This document shows positions 1 through 17,139 of a stretch of 64,000 bases of DNA, piece after piece. The notes beneath the pieces are model-generated. The model was not told the origin of the DNA, ran no database searches, and saw only the letters and a list, made by a program, of their open reading frames with translations. The position numbers and the translations under genes are program-made. Location of the stretch: assembly GCF_009914755.1 (NCBI RefSeq), contig NC_060929.1; one strand, 5' to 3'. The stretch's first letter is position 1; each line of letters opens with the position of its first letter. Source of the stretch: the human T2T-CHM13v2.0 reference genome, Homo sapiens.

Positions 1-120
1 GATGGCTACATAACCGTTTTTATGCCAGGAACATGCTGTTTTTGTTACTATAGATTTATAGTATATTTTAGTCGCATAGTGTGATGCTTCTTGCTTTATT
101 ACTTTTGCTTGAGTTTGCTT
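1..120 (-). mobile_element. Old L1 (L1M) ORF2 fragment
   Basis: catgctgtttttgttactatag...gtgtgatgcttcttgctttattacttttgctt resembles the reverse complement of the L1 ORF2 [14 protein letters not shown]...TAWYW region. Confidence 0.7.
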
Positions 121-139
121 GTGGTTTTTGCTTATGTTT

Positions 140-246
140 TTGTAATGTAAAATGTGATGTTTCAAAGTATGAATACATTGTAAAAAGGTCAAATCTAGCT
201 AATTAACAAATACATCACCTCACATAGTTATCATTTTTCTGGTGAC
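140..246 (-). mobile_element. L1MA-type 3' UTR end fragment
   Basis: aatgtgatgttt...atacattgt...aaatctagctaattaacaaatacatcacctcacatagttatcatttt matches the L1MA 3' terminus (antisense). Confidence 0.65.
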
Positions 247-1705
247 TCCACATAACATTAGTGGTTTCATTCAAATTTTAAAGGCTGGCATGAGTTTGTA
301 TTACTTAGGTGAATATGGTTCCATAGTCATTTACGTCAAAGAGAAAGACAGGCTACCAAAAAAATCTATGTTTTATGAGGATGTGAAACACATAACATTT
401 TCTTGTGTTTTTTCCACTGTATTAAGTATTTTCAAAAGAAAATTATTCTTTTCTTTTTCTTTGTATTAATCTTTAAGTGTCCAAAGTTTTATGTAATTCA
501 AGATGTGAAATTCAGTGAATGAGATGTATTACTTGCCAACAGTACCTATTAAAAACCCAAATATTGGCAGAAATTTAAACACTGGAAAGATTTAGATGAA
601 GCTTGTGATTATATAATTTTTAAACTAATGTCATTTTTTAAAAATATTAGTTGACGAGCTATTTTGGAAGTAAAATTATGTAAGGGGAAAGTACTAAAAA
701 TACATGTATAATTTACAAACTGTTGAACTGCGAACAGATTCTTGACCTTGGAAAGATGGTAATCTTCTATTACCTATCTCAGGATTTTATCCTTTGCAAC
801 CAGGAATTTAGGAAGCCACAATATCAGATAACTCAGTACTGATACCCCACCATCTCCTGTTGTAAAATTATTCTCCCACCCAATTTATCAAGGTTTTCAA
901 AAAGAATTCTGTATCATAAATCTACAGTGAAATGTCTCAGTTAAGGACTTCAGTATAAATGCAAACACATACTTAACAAAAAAAAGCATAAATAAGAATT
1001 ATTCAAATTATATAAAATGTGATACCAGATGGAAAGTGACTTTACTCCTATACTTAATTCAAATATACAAAAACGGTTACTGATGATGTAAAAGTTATAC
1101 AGTCCATTGAAAGGCATATGCAATAAGTTGAGGTTTTGTAGGCAAGTACTGAGTCATACAGGGTACAGGTTACTTCTTGGTTACTGAGGGGAATCTTTTT
1201 TACTATTGTTACTGAAGAAGAATAAGAAATTTCATAAAATGCAAGCTCACTGGAGAGAAAGGAAGAGAAACATTGACACAGGATTGCGCTGTTCTTACAT
1301 CTGAATATTCTTTGTGAGATTTTTGAAACTACACCTTTGTATCTCCTTTTTTTTAGACACCTCTGTGTGTGTATTTGAACTTATCTGTTAATTCTTCACC
1401 TATGCATATTGGCTCGGGCTTTCTGTGAACATGATCAGTGGTGCACAGGGTCAAATCCTATATGGCTTCTAAAGCATCCCACCCACCAAAGGGTCCCAAA
1501 GACATTGAGGAAAGTCTCAGAGGGACCCAGTCAATAATAAACTAGAGAGTTTTTTTCCAGGAGGGAGGAAAGAGGTGACTTACAGAAGAGGTCTTATTGA
1601 TTTGAGATAGATAGTAAATCATAAATGGCTATTAGCATTGATTACCAATAGTATAACTAGATAATTTTGAAGCCGAAAACAAAAGTCTCAGAGAAGATAA
1701 ACTAC

Positions 1706-2157
1706 TTTCTTTTTTTTATTATACTTTAAGTTTTAGGGTACATGTGCACAACATGCAGGTTAGTTACATATGTATACATGGGCCATGCTGGTGTGCTGCA
1801 CCCAGTAACTCGTCATTTAACATTAGGTATATCTCCAAATGCTATCCCTCCCCCCTCCCCCCACCCCACAACAGGCCCTGGTGTGTGATATTCCCCTTCC
1901 TGTGTCCATGTGTTCTCATTGTTCAATTCCCACCTTTGAGTGAGAACATGTGGTGTTTGGTTTTTTGTCCTTGCGATAGTTTGCTGAGAATGATGGTTTC
2001 TAGCTTCATCCATGTCCCTACAAAGGACATGAACTCATCCTTTTTTATGGCTGCATAGTATTCCATGGTGTATATATGCCACATTTTCTTAATCCGGTCT
2101 ATCATTGTTGGACATTTGGGTTGGTTCCAAGTCTTTGCTATTGTGAATAGTCCCGCA
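1706..2157 (-). mobile_element. 5'-truncated L1PA (about L1PA3-5) 3' end
   Basis: Poly-T then ttattatactttaagttttagggtacatgtgcacaacatgcagg; C-rich G4 tract; ORF 1923-2105 gives the L1 ORF2 C-terminus MWHIYTMEYYAAIKKDEFMSF. Confidence 0.95.
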
Positions 2158-3189
2158 GAATGGTAATTGACAGAGTGAATTTATTTATTATTTTTCATTC
2201 AAACCTGATATGTTTGATAGTAAAAAGGGAAATGCTAAAATAATTACCAAGTGTCAACTTATCTATGGCATGCCTAACACAGGTTTATTCTGGGAAAATT
2301 AGGTTTTTTTGTTTTTTGTTTTTTCCCAGGTTGAAATGTGTGACTTTCTCGACCTAAAGTTCCTCTCGAGTTCGGAAAGCTTCTTTCAAGACTCCCAGGC
2401 TAGAAAAGTTCTCAAAGATATCATGAAAACTAATACATCATTCATTTCTGAGCAAACTTAAAAAAACTTTAAGACTCCCAAATACAAACAGGATCATATA
2501 CATCCCATGGAATTGAAGGCACATCTGTCATCTCAAGAGTATCCCAGGTTAGGGTACAGGCGATAAACTTAATTATTCTCCCAGCATTTATAGGTGCCTA
2601 AATATACACTGTGACCCAAAGCTTAGCTTGAGACTTTAAAAATAAATTTATACTTAAAAATTAACCTTTAAATTTTTGTCAAATCTAATATTTACTGGCT
2701 CATATCTTAAAGATAAATTTATGTCAGTAAACATATTGCACTTTCCCTTCACTAGGAAATCATTCAGTGTAGAATTTGGTGGAATTACCATTTAAATCAT
2801 TTTATAAATCCTCACACAAACTGATATTGCTATTAGTTAATGTGAGGATTTAGCAATGAAATGAAAAGTTACGTGCAAAATTGGTATATACAGCCTGTGT
2901 TTAAATTCATCATGTCTGTGAAAGTCCAAAGAGAGTACTTATTACCCTTTCTATTATTATTTGTTTCTCAAAGTTTTAATTATAAATACCAATCATGGAA
3001 ATACTCTTATAGCACTGATATAAATGCTGCTTAACTCAACCTTTGCATCCTTATTTTTCTTAGACAATATTTCGAGGAGGGATTTATTGGTTTAAGGGAT
3101 ACAACTATTTCAAGACTTGTGGTACTTTTAGCCAATGAAATAGACAAACATTAATGTAAGATTTAGTATTAAATTATGTATAACTTTTT

Positions 3190-3388
3190 ATACATTGTGA
3201 TTTTGATATATTTACAGAGTCTATCCACATCTCAACAATATGATTTTATAATATTTTCTTCACTCCTCAAATAAATCCTGTACCCAATGGTAATTACTTC
3301 CCCTTTACTTCTCTCCCCATGCCCTGGAAACATAAACTTCTTGCTGTCTCTATGGATTTGTCTATTCTGGACATTTTCTATAAATGGC
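3190..3388 (-). mobile_element. L1MB/MC 3' UTR fragment
   Basis: gccctggaaac...ctgtctctatggatttgtctattctggacattttctataaatgg is a typical L1MB 3' UTR motif. Confidence 0.7.
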
Positions 3389-4056
3389 CTTGCTATTATT
3401 CTTAAACCTTATTTTCTTAACATTGATTATTGTTTAAAGATTATTTCAGTAGAATTCAAAGAAAAATACGGCACTAAATCAAATTAGCACCATTTTACCA
3501 TTCTACAATTACGTACATAGATGAAAAAGTGTGCTATTTTCTATACTTTACAAAGAAAAGTAGGTAAATGTAATGACTAAAAAAATAAAATAACAAGCAG
3601 TAAAACATAATATTGCAAAAGGAGAAGGAACAATTTGAGTGTGCTTACTTAATCTTATTTAAATCTCCCTAAAGGAACAGCTATTGTTTCTTTCCTAGGA
3701 TAATCCTTCCTTGCTCACTCATGTAGCTCCTTATGTAAACTCTGAGCACTTTAATTCGGAACTACACATTTCATTTCAATCCCTTTACTTAACCCAGCAG
3801 GAAAGAATTAATTTACACATTTCAATAGTATGCAGTACTTTATTCCACTTTTCCCCAACTTAAGCTGCCTTCCCTAAATATTGCGTAAGCCTGTGGTAAT
3901 TTGGTTTCATGTTTTTTATTTAAATTATATACATTAGTACTACTGAAAGTAATCACAATACAGTCTTTTAAAATAATCAGAAGAGAAGCAGACTGAAAGT
4001 AATTTAAATTAAAACACACAGCAAAATTATATGGCTTCCTAAGGAAGAACAGTATT

Positions 4057-4092
4057 ATAATTACAATTTAGGAAATAATTACAATTTAGGAA
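4057..4092. repeat. Perfect 18-bp tandem duplication
   Basis: ataattacaatttaggaa x2. Confidence 0.9.
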
Positions 4093-4837
4093 GGAAAAGA
4101 AACCCAATTTATATTCCATTTTAATATTGGACTATAGGTTACCATGCTACATACAAGAAGAAAATACAAGAGGAAAGATGAAATGATTATTCAGACTGTG
4201 TAATATATATATATATGTGTGTACATATATGTACATACAAAACTGATTTACTTAAACTGTGAATTTAGTGATAATAAGTTCTTTTTTCTGTCTTATGGAA
4301 GGACTTTATAGATTTGATATTTCTGTAATAATATACACAACTGTGGCCCAGTTACTCCTTAATGTTTAAACTCCTAACGCTGTAGTAAAACTAAATTGAC
4401 AAGGTCAAGGTAATTGACTTTCGGTCCTGATTCTGGTACAACTGGCTTAATGATGTAGCTTGATCTTTCCCAAACTCAGTTTCATTTCTGAACTATTAGG
4501 GCTGTATAGCACTTCAGCATTTCTCAAACATTTATACATCTTACCTCTTATGTAAATTAGAAGACACATTTGAAAACACTAGGCAGATAACTTCTAAGTT
4601 CCTTTTGACTTCATTTATTTATTTAACAGACATAAAACGTGTTAGAAAGTACAGTCTTAGAACAATTTCTGATTACATACACCACTAATGAAAAATTTAC
4701 TTTTTCAGTGAAATTTCAGGGTTTATTTATTGCTTCCAGCATTTTCACATGAAAAATACACTATTATAAATTTTCCTTTGTGATCTGTGTCAAATATGAC
4801 CAAAGGTGAAAAGTGTTTTAATTATATTTTAGATTTA

Positions 4838-4971
4838 TGGAGTAACCACATAATTTATTGTCCAAACCAGGGCTCTTTCGAGAGTAAAATGAGGTGATAA
4901 TAAAAAAATACACCAAGAAGACAATGTTTAAAATGGGAATGTCCTGGGCAGTGAGACATATTTTCATCATA
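4838..4971 (-). mobile_element. MER94-like hAT-Blackjack MITE
   Basis: gtaaccacataatttattgtccaaaccaggg...gagagtaaaa...gggaatgtcctgggca, about 134 bp, matches the recalled MER94 consensus. Confidence 0.6.
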
Positions 4972-5293
4972 TTTGTAAATAGATATGTAGGCAAAATGCA
5001 AAATAACCTTACAGGAGAAAATATAGCTTTAAATGTTATCTAGTAGATATATCAATATACACACCTATTTTACTTATTGTTAGCTTATCAAGAAAGAATG
5101 CTCTCTTTTGGACACTTTTCTGTTGTTGTTTGGCATTTTGTCTGTTTCCACAAGTCACTTGCAAATGATATTCAATGTAAATATCAAATCAATCCGGATA
5201 ATGTCAGAGCAGCAATTTGGTGGTCCCTTCTCCAATATAAAGACACTAGACATTATCCATAATGCCCCGCACTCACTACTCACTCATATACAT

Positions 5294-5644
5294 TGCCATG
5301 ACTGAAGTTTTATGTCCCCTCAAATTCCTATTTTGAAATCCTAATCCCCAAAGTGATGGTATTAGGAGGTGGGCTCTTTTGGAGATTATTCAGTCATGAG
5401 GCTGGAGCCCTCATGCATGAGATTAGTGCCATTGTAAAAGAGAATCTAGAGGGATCTTTTACACCTTTCAGTCATGTGAGAACACAGCAGAAGAACTAGA
5501 AAGCACAGCCTCACAAGACACCAGATTTGCTGGCACCTTGATCTGGGACTCCCTAGTCTTCAGAACTGTGATAAGTAAATGTTTGCTGTATAAGCCACCC
5601 AGTTTATGGTATTTCTGTTGTAGCAGCCCAAGTGGACTAAAACA
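5294..5644 (+). mobile_element. MaLR solo LTR (MLT1A-like)
   Basis: TG...CA ends; gtgatggtattaggaggtggg, gctggcaccttgatct, aagccacccagtttatggtattt motifs. Confidence 0.85.
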
Positions 5645-7515
5645 ACATTTATAATTTCATTTACTCAAGTAAATAATATTCAATTAATTAAAAAATAAAA
5701 GTAGGTACACCTTTACTTAAACATATATCGCAAAGCTTAGAGCAATAGAATTTGAATCAAGTTTGCAATATGACATGAGGGTTCTGGTATGTACTTTGTC
5801 CCTTGGTATCAAGTTTATTTCTCTAAATAGTTTATGTTTTTAAGTTTGGTTACCTGTCAAAAGGGGAAAAGAAAATTCTACTTGTAAGTATAGTTATAAA
5901 GTAGAAATCCTGTAGTTATGTATGTAACGATCTTATAAAATATAATCAGACTGTTGTGATTGTTTTATATATCAGTGGACATATATTTCTAGTAACATAT
6001 TTATACATGTAAACTTTAAATTTTAATTATTTGCAGTTCTATGTATGGGTATTTCACTGACCCTCTGGGTCTAATAATAATAATGCAGTTACTAAGTTAT
6101 TCTTCCAGTTCTTTTCCTTAAGGGTTAGTTGCATTTTCTATGTGATATATATGTATATATTCAATAGAGAATACCTGAGTCACCAACAGTCTAAATACAA
6201 TAAAATTGTGCCCACATTGTAATGCACCACTTTCTTCAAGCCCAGTGCCATTGTGCACCTATTCAATTTTGACATAACATTTTATTTAAAATGTGGTAAA
6301 TTAGTATGGTGTGATGTCTACAATAAAAACTTGGCTATGGTTGCTTCATATAATTTAAGGCAAGTTTTTTACCCTGTTAAATTTTATGTTTATAAATATA
6401 CTTTGCTGACATTATGTTCATGCTGGAAATTGAGCAGGAAAACTACATGCTACATTTTCAGCAATTGCTTGGACTATTTTACATAAACATATCTACATAT
6501 CACTATATATATATTACTATAGAGATATATCACTAGTTATCTGTTACTATTTCTCTAACAACACTGTAGGAGGAATTATTGCTTATTTTCTGCCTTTTGT
6601 TTGCTGGCATAATCATAGAAATATAGCGATGGAGAAGGAGGTATGTTACATATCAAGACCTGCATGTCCTAGTTTTTTTTTTAATCCATGATATTACCCA
6701 GTGTTCTCTAAACATGCTATTATCTCTGCATCATAATAATGCATGTTAAAATAGGAATAAGTACAGCAAAAACTATGATGAAAACAATAAACAATTAAAA
6801 ATACATTAGTCTAATTGATACATGCATTTGAGAATAATCCTGCCTCTTAATAAAGATGTACCGATTTATGTAGTTCATGCATCCCACATTTATAAAACTT
6901 CTGTGTGTTATTAACAATATTTAATTGAATTATTTTTAAAAAATGATAATTTCAATATATTTAGATAGTTGTGCAAAACATTGTTTTTAATTTTTATGTT
7001 ATAAAAGCCATTTATGATGGTTATTCTCTCACATAGAAACTTTGAAAGAAAAGGAAAAAAATGTTACTTGTTTGCAGATAATGGAACAAGTTAGATCATT
7101 ACTTTCCTGGAAGTTAATCGATGCATTCTCAATCATAATGATATGTTGTCAGCATATTGCCAAGGAAATGACACACATATAATGTAAATGACAAGAACTA
7201 TCAATGCATCTCAAAATGTACAGCTAAGTGGTAAGGCATAAACCAGTATTCCTCATTGCTACATATGCTATTCATGAGAAGACATGGAGAGTCTAATTAA
7301 GAAGGACAAGGGTTAATAATATTTCCAGTAATCTTATAGGAATTATGTAACCTAAATCTCCAAATAAATACAAAATCACTTTGTTACTTCAAACATTAAT
7401 TTGGACTGAAAGAATAAACTTGATATTCTTGGGGTTTTTTAAATAAAAATTCATAAATAACTTTCATTTATTTTCACATCTAAGCTCATTATATGTCCAT
7501 TTGATATATAAGAAA

Positions 7516-11220
<3,705 letters not shown>

Positions 11221-11519
11221 GTGTACACATCTAGAAAACAAAAGAAGAAAGTAAACTGAACCATAATTTTGAAGATTATGAAAATGCCCCAATGAAAAAT
11301 AATAAAACATAAGTATAATGTGCTGTGAAATATAGTATTAAAGACTTGTCATTCTTTTTGATCAGAATACAAGTGCAAAGTTTTTCTCAAATCAGAGTAC
11401 CCAGACTTTTGCTGAGTTCATATTCCTGTATTTGTTGCCTCAATATTTTTTCTTCATTTCACAACATATTTGGACACAAATCGGACAATCTAAGAAAAAA
11501 AAAATACATCCTGGCTGCA

Positions 11520-13788
11520 TGTATTGGTCCATTTTCTTGCTGCTGATAAAGATATACCAGAGACTGGGCAATTTACAAAAGAAAGATGATTAATGGACTC
11601 ACAGTTCCATGTGTCTGGGAACTGTGCAAGCTGAAAGGCACATCTCACATAGCAGCAGACAAGAGAAGATAGCTTGTGCAGGGAATCTCTCCTTTATAAA
11701 ACCATCAGTTTTCATGAGACTTATTTACAGTCATGAGAACGGCACAGGAAAGACCCGCCATGATTCAATTACCTCCCACAGGGTCCTTCCCACAACACAT
11801 GAGAATCGTGGGGGCTACAACTCAAGATGAGATTTTGGTGGGGACATAGGCAAACCATATCATTTCACCCCTGGCCCCTCTCAAATCTCATGTCCTCACG
11901 TTTCAAAAGCAATCATGCCTTTCCAATAGTCCCCCAAAGTCTTAACTCTTTTCAGCATTAACTCAAAAGTCCACAGTCCAAAGTTACATCTGAGACAAGG
12001 CAAGTTCTTTCTACCTATGAGCCTGTAAAATAAAAAGCAAGTCAGTTACTTCCTAGATACAATGGGAACACAGGCATTTGATAAATACACCCATTTCAAA
12101 TGGGAGAAATTAGTCAAAGTAAAGGGGCTGCAGGCCCCACGCAAGTTCAAATTTCAGCAGGGCAGTCATCTTAAAGCTCCAAAATAATCACCTTTGATTC
12201 CATGTCTAACATCCAGGTCACACGGATGTAAAAAGTGGGCTCCCACGTCCTTGGGCAGCTTTGACCCTGTGGTTTTGCAGAGTACAGCCTCCCTCCTGGC
12301 TGCTTTCATGGGCTGGCATTGAGTGTCTGAAGCTTTTCCAAGTGCACGGTGCAAGCTGTCAGTGGATCTACCATTCTGGGGTCTGAAGGATGATTGCCTC
12401 TTTTAGCTCCACTAGGTGGTGCCCCAATAGAGACTTTGTGTGGAGGCTCCAACCCACATTTACCTTATGCACTGTCCTAGCACATGTTCTCCATGAGGGC
12501 CCTGCCCCTGCAGCAAACCTCTGCATGGGTGTCCAGGCATTTCCATACATCTTCTGAAATCTAGGCAGAGGCTCCTAAACCTGACTTCTATGCACTCGCA
12601 GGCTCAACATCATATGCAAGCTTCCAAGCTTTGGCAACTTGCACCCTCTGAAACAATAGCCCAAGCTGTACCTTGGTCCCCTTTAACCATGGCTGGAGCA
12701 GCTAGAACTCAGGGCGCCAAGTCCCTAGGCTGCACAGAGCAGGAAGGCCCTGGACCCATCCCAGGAAACCATTTTTCCCCAGTAGGCCTCTGGGCCTATG
12801 ATGGAAGGGGCTACTGTGAAGACTTCTGACATGCCCTGGAGACATTTTCCCCATTGTCTACGTGATTAACATTTGGCTCCTCATTACTTATGCAAATTTC
12901 TGCAGCTGACTTGAATTTCTCCTAAGAAAATGGAGAAATTTTGTCTTCTATTACATCATCAGGCTGCAATTTTTTTGAACTTTTATGTTCCATTTCCCTT
13001 TTAGAACTGAATGCTTTTCACAGCACTCAAGTCACTTCTTGAATGCTTTGGTGCTTAGAAATTTCTTCTGCCAGATACCCTAAATCATCTCCCTCAAGTT
13101 CAAAGTTTCACAAATCTCTAGGGCAGGGGCAAAATGCTGCCACTGTCTTTGCTAAAACATAGCAAGAGTTAGGTTTACTCTAGTTCCCAACAAGTTTCTC
13201 ATCTCCATCTGAGGCCACTTCAGCCTGGATTTCATTGTCCATATCACTATCAGCATTTTGTTCAGAGCCATTCAATAAGTCTCTAGGAAGTTTCAAACTT
13301 TTCCACATTTTCCTGTATTCTTCTGAGCCTTTCAAACTGTTCCAACCTCTGCCTGTTACCCAATTCCAAAGTAGCTTCCACATTTTTGGGAATTTTTACA
13401 GCAGTGCCCCACTCTACTGGTACCAATTTATTGTACTAGTCCCTTTTGATGCCTTTGATAAAGACATACCTGAGACTGGGCAATTTACAAAAGGAAGAGG
13501 ATTAATGGACTCACAGTTCCATGTGGGCGGAGGGGTCTCACAATCATGGTGGAAGGTGAAAGGCACATTTCACATGGCAGCAGACAAGAGAAGAGAGCTT
13601 GTTGAGGGAAACTCCTGTTTATAAAACCATCAGATGTCGTGAGACTTATTCACTGTCAGAACAGCCCATGAAAGACCCACTCCCATGATTAATTTACCTC
13701 CCACCAGGTCCCTCCCACAACACATGATAATTGTGGGAGCCACAATTCAAGATGAGATTTTGTGGGGGGACCCAGCCAAACCATATTA
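11520..13788 (-). mobile_element. Full-length THE1 (ERVL-MaLR) provirus: LTR-int-LTR
   Basis: LTRs at 11520-11862 and 13432-13788; ~1.57 kb internal region; perfect 5-bp TSD CTGCA at 11515-11519 and 13789-13793; minus-strand int starts aaattggtaccagtagagtgggg and ends in the PPT gaggggccaggggtgaaa. Confidence 0.95.
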
Positions 13789-14214
13789 CTGCATTTTTGT
13801 GTCAAATGTTTGAGGGACATAAAGGACTGAGGAATCTATTCTGTCAGTTCTTAACTGTAACACTTTTACCACAAATAAAAGGATTATTATGCACACAATA
13901 TTCTCTAACTTTTACCAGAAATGATTATCCAGTACTCCCTCGTAATGTGTTTAATAGCCCATTAAGACTAAAATCTTCTTTCAAATCACTTAATATCTGT
14001 TGTTATATGGTCTTGTGTGTGTGTCTTCAGCTAGAGAGGGGAAGAATATCACTGGCCCTGTTCTCAGAGAACTCACAATTTCATAGGAAATCAAAGAAGC
14101 AATCAAGTAACAAACATTGTGATATTTACAACAGTAAAGGTATCGCAGAGAAGAGAAAGAATAATTTTGTCTGTAGTAAATATTTATTGAGTTGCATATG
14201 AGCCTCAATCTAGA

Positions 14215-14950
14215 TAAATATATTTATATGACATAAGACCAACAAAGAATTGTGATCCAAAAATTAAAAAACTTTATCATATATTGTTGTGGGGAATACA
14301 AATATATCAACATAATGTCACAATAAGCTATGAATGAGTTATCCATAGTAGAGCATATCTGAATTCCCCATGAACATATGATTTTATAAACTTCACTAGT
14401 AATCAGAGAACTGCAAATTAAAATAAGGAGAAAAAATAACCCCACACTGAGTTGAACAGCAAAACCACCAATCATTCAAAAAAAATTGAAAATAGTAGTA
14501 TTGTACTAGTAGTACTAACCTCAGCAGTAACAGGGTGTCAAGGGGCTTATTATACATTCTTGACAGGGTTAAAAATTAGTATACCAAATTTGGGGAGCCA
14601 GTTAGCAATACTACATAAATTTGAAAATCTGCATTGCCTACTCATTTATATGCACATATGGATAAAAAGACAAATATAAGCTATATCTGTATTAGTCATT
14701 AATTGCTAACAATTTAAGAATCCATTAATAAGAGAAGTAACAAATACACATATTGTAGTTTATACACTTATATATTTATTTATAAAATGGAATAGTATTT
14801 CATAGTTAAACCAAAAAAGGGAACAAATAGCAAAAAGATAGTGAGAATATAACTCCATTTATTTAAAGTATTGACATATAAAAATGATAGAATATACATT
14901 CTGTGCGGTCAGTATGTACATGCTTTAAGCCATAAAGGCATTTATGGACA
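14215..14950 (+). mobile_element. Highly diverged L1ME 3' region
   Basis: aacttcactagtaatcagagaactgcaaattaaaa and downstream L1M 3' motifs; boundaries approximate. Confidence 0.55.
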
Positions 14951-14957
14951 TAACCAT

Positions 14958-15407
14958 TGTGCTAGTTTCTCAGTATCGCCATAACAAAGTATCACAAACT
15001 GGGTGGCCTAAAACAATAGAAATGTATTCTCTCACATTACTGGTAGCTAAAAGCCCAAAATCAAGGAATCATCAGTGCCATGCTCCCTCTGAAAGCTCTA
15101 GAGAAAAATCTTTCTTCACCTCTTCTTAGTTTCTGGTTATTGCTGGAAATACTTGGCATTGCTTGGCTTGCAGCATCATGACTCTAATTTCTGCCTTTAT
15201 TATTACTTAGTCATCTTTGCTTTGAGTGTCTGTATCTCTCTGTCTTTCTCTATTTTTAAAAGAACACCAGCCATCGCATACCTAATCCAGTATCACCTAG
15301 TCTTGACTTGATTACATCTCAAATACCTTATTTCCAGATAAGGTCATATTCATAGGTTAACAGAATTTCAACATACATTTTTGGAGAACATAATTCAACT
15401 CAAAACA
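14958..15407 (-). mobile_element. MLT1C-like solo LTR
   Basis: ccataacaaagtatcacaaactgggtggc...ccatgctccctctgaa...gattacatct...ataattcaac; TSD accat/gccat. Confidence 0.85.
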
Positions 15408-15677
15408 GCCATGTATGTCTAGAACTTTAGAATTCAATAATGTAGAAAACAGAAGAAGGTGAGATTGGACACTGGCCATTGCTAATGCTGATTATTTTAA
15501 ATGTAACCACAATGCCTTTTGGGAATGCCAATTTTTATAAGATGCCATGGATAGAACCCAGGGATAAAAACTTTCACATGGGTTCTTTCTGATTTGATGG
15601 GCGTCCATTAATAAAGTTGTCAGAACCCATTGTATCAAACCATAACATGAAACATTTATTCAATTATATTCAACCCT

Positions 15678-15997
15678 TGTCTTAGTCTGTTTTCTGTTGC
15701 TATAACAAAACACCAGACTGGATAATTTATTTAAAAAAAGAAACATTCTGCTCATGGTTCTGGAGATTGGGAAGTCCAAGAGCCTGGCACTGGAATTTGC
15801 TCAACATCTGGTGAGGGACTTCTTGCTGCCTCAAATTGTGATAGAAGGGTGGAAGGGCAAAAAGTACATTTCAGCTCAGGTCTCTCCTCTTTTTATAAAG
15901 CCATGGGTCCCATCATGGAGTCTACCACATCAACATATGAATTTGAGGATTAATTTTTCAATGTATGAAACTTGGGGAACACATTCAAACCATAGTT
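15678..15997 (-). mobile_element. MST-family solo LTR
   Basis: tgtcttagtctgttttctgttgctataac...gggaagtccaag...catctggtgaggg...cacattcaaaccatag. Confidence 0.8.
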
Positions 15998-16159
15998 GTT
16001 TCTACCATTTTATCTTATAACACATTTCTTGTTTAATCATTCTCCAAAGCCAGTCAGCAGTATTCAATACCTGTACATGATTTTACTAGAGATACACCAT
16101 GCCTTTTATCATTTTCCTGCTATATATGAGAAATAGTGTATTGGTCATCTTGCTTTTAT

Positions 16160-16500
16160 AACTTAAACATGGAAAAGTTAATTATATTAGATCTTTATCT
16201 TTATTGTTTTTAGTGATCAGTTTCACAAGTTATACTTTTAGTTCTCATTTATTTTTATAATATTCCTCAAAATAGCTATTTGAATTGAAAAATGAAAAAC
16301 TTTTCCTGACAAAAAGTATATCTGATTTGGCTAACTGGTTTGACAGTAAAGATTGGCCCTGCCAATGAGGTTTTATGACAGATATTTTTCATAAATGAGC
16401 TAAATCTGTAACTCCAAATTAGTGACAATACATTTAAAACAAGAAATAAGATCAAAGAATGTTATCAAAAAGCACTGTTTTGGCAAAGATATAATAAAAC
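16160..16500 (+). mobile_element. hAT-Charlie transposase fossil fragment
   Basis: From 16276 it reads LFELKNEKLFLTKSISDLANWFDSKDWPCQ*GFMTDIFH, then after a frameshift NELNL*LQISDNTFKTRNKIKECYQKALFWQR, resembling the Charlie/Buster RLFEL...W...LAYL.DIF..LN.LNL.LQG motif. Confidence 0.7.
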
Positions 16501-17139
16501 TAAAAATTTGAAAAAAAAAACAAATGCTTCAACACTAGAGGCTTAAATTGGGATTCTGCTAGCAACTCAGGATATATGGACTTACTAGTTTTTATATTTT
16601 CATGTTCACAAAGTCTCAAAACAGGAAGATCATTTTACTTCAGACTAATTCACAGCAGTGTTCATGGCTTTTTCAAAAATGAGAAGAAAATTCAGGTAAT
16701 GCTCTTTGACATATAGTCTTACTTTTTTGTAGAACCATAAGCTGTTGAATTTCATAGGAAATCAAGAAAGAAGAAATATCTTAGAAATTGTATTACCTTA
16801 TAAAATCCCAGTGCTTGGGTTTATTAAGATACATTAATCTTCAGTGCTAAACAGGTAATATAATATAGTGAAGATCTTTTAAAACATGTGTCACTAACTC
16901 TTTAAGTAAAAGAAAAAAATTAAAGTAAAATATTTATTTGCACTTAGAGCAAAAGTCTCTATAATAGTTGACTGTCAGCCTTTAAACCAGTGCCTTGAAA
17001 TGAAGTAGCTTTCTTTAAACCTGCTTATGTAGGAGAAATACGTAAAGATAGGCTACTACCTTTTCTTTCTTACTAACAGACCTAAGCTGATGTTTCATTA
17101 TGTATTCAAAATTAACCTTCCTCTAACATTAAACATGAC

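Noticed and set aside
13731-14201. 156-aa ORF
   Set aside because: Non-ATG start inside the THE1 LTR, no recognisable domain or splice structure; likely chance.
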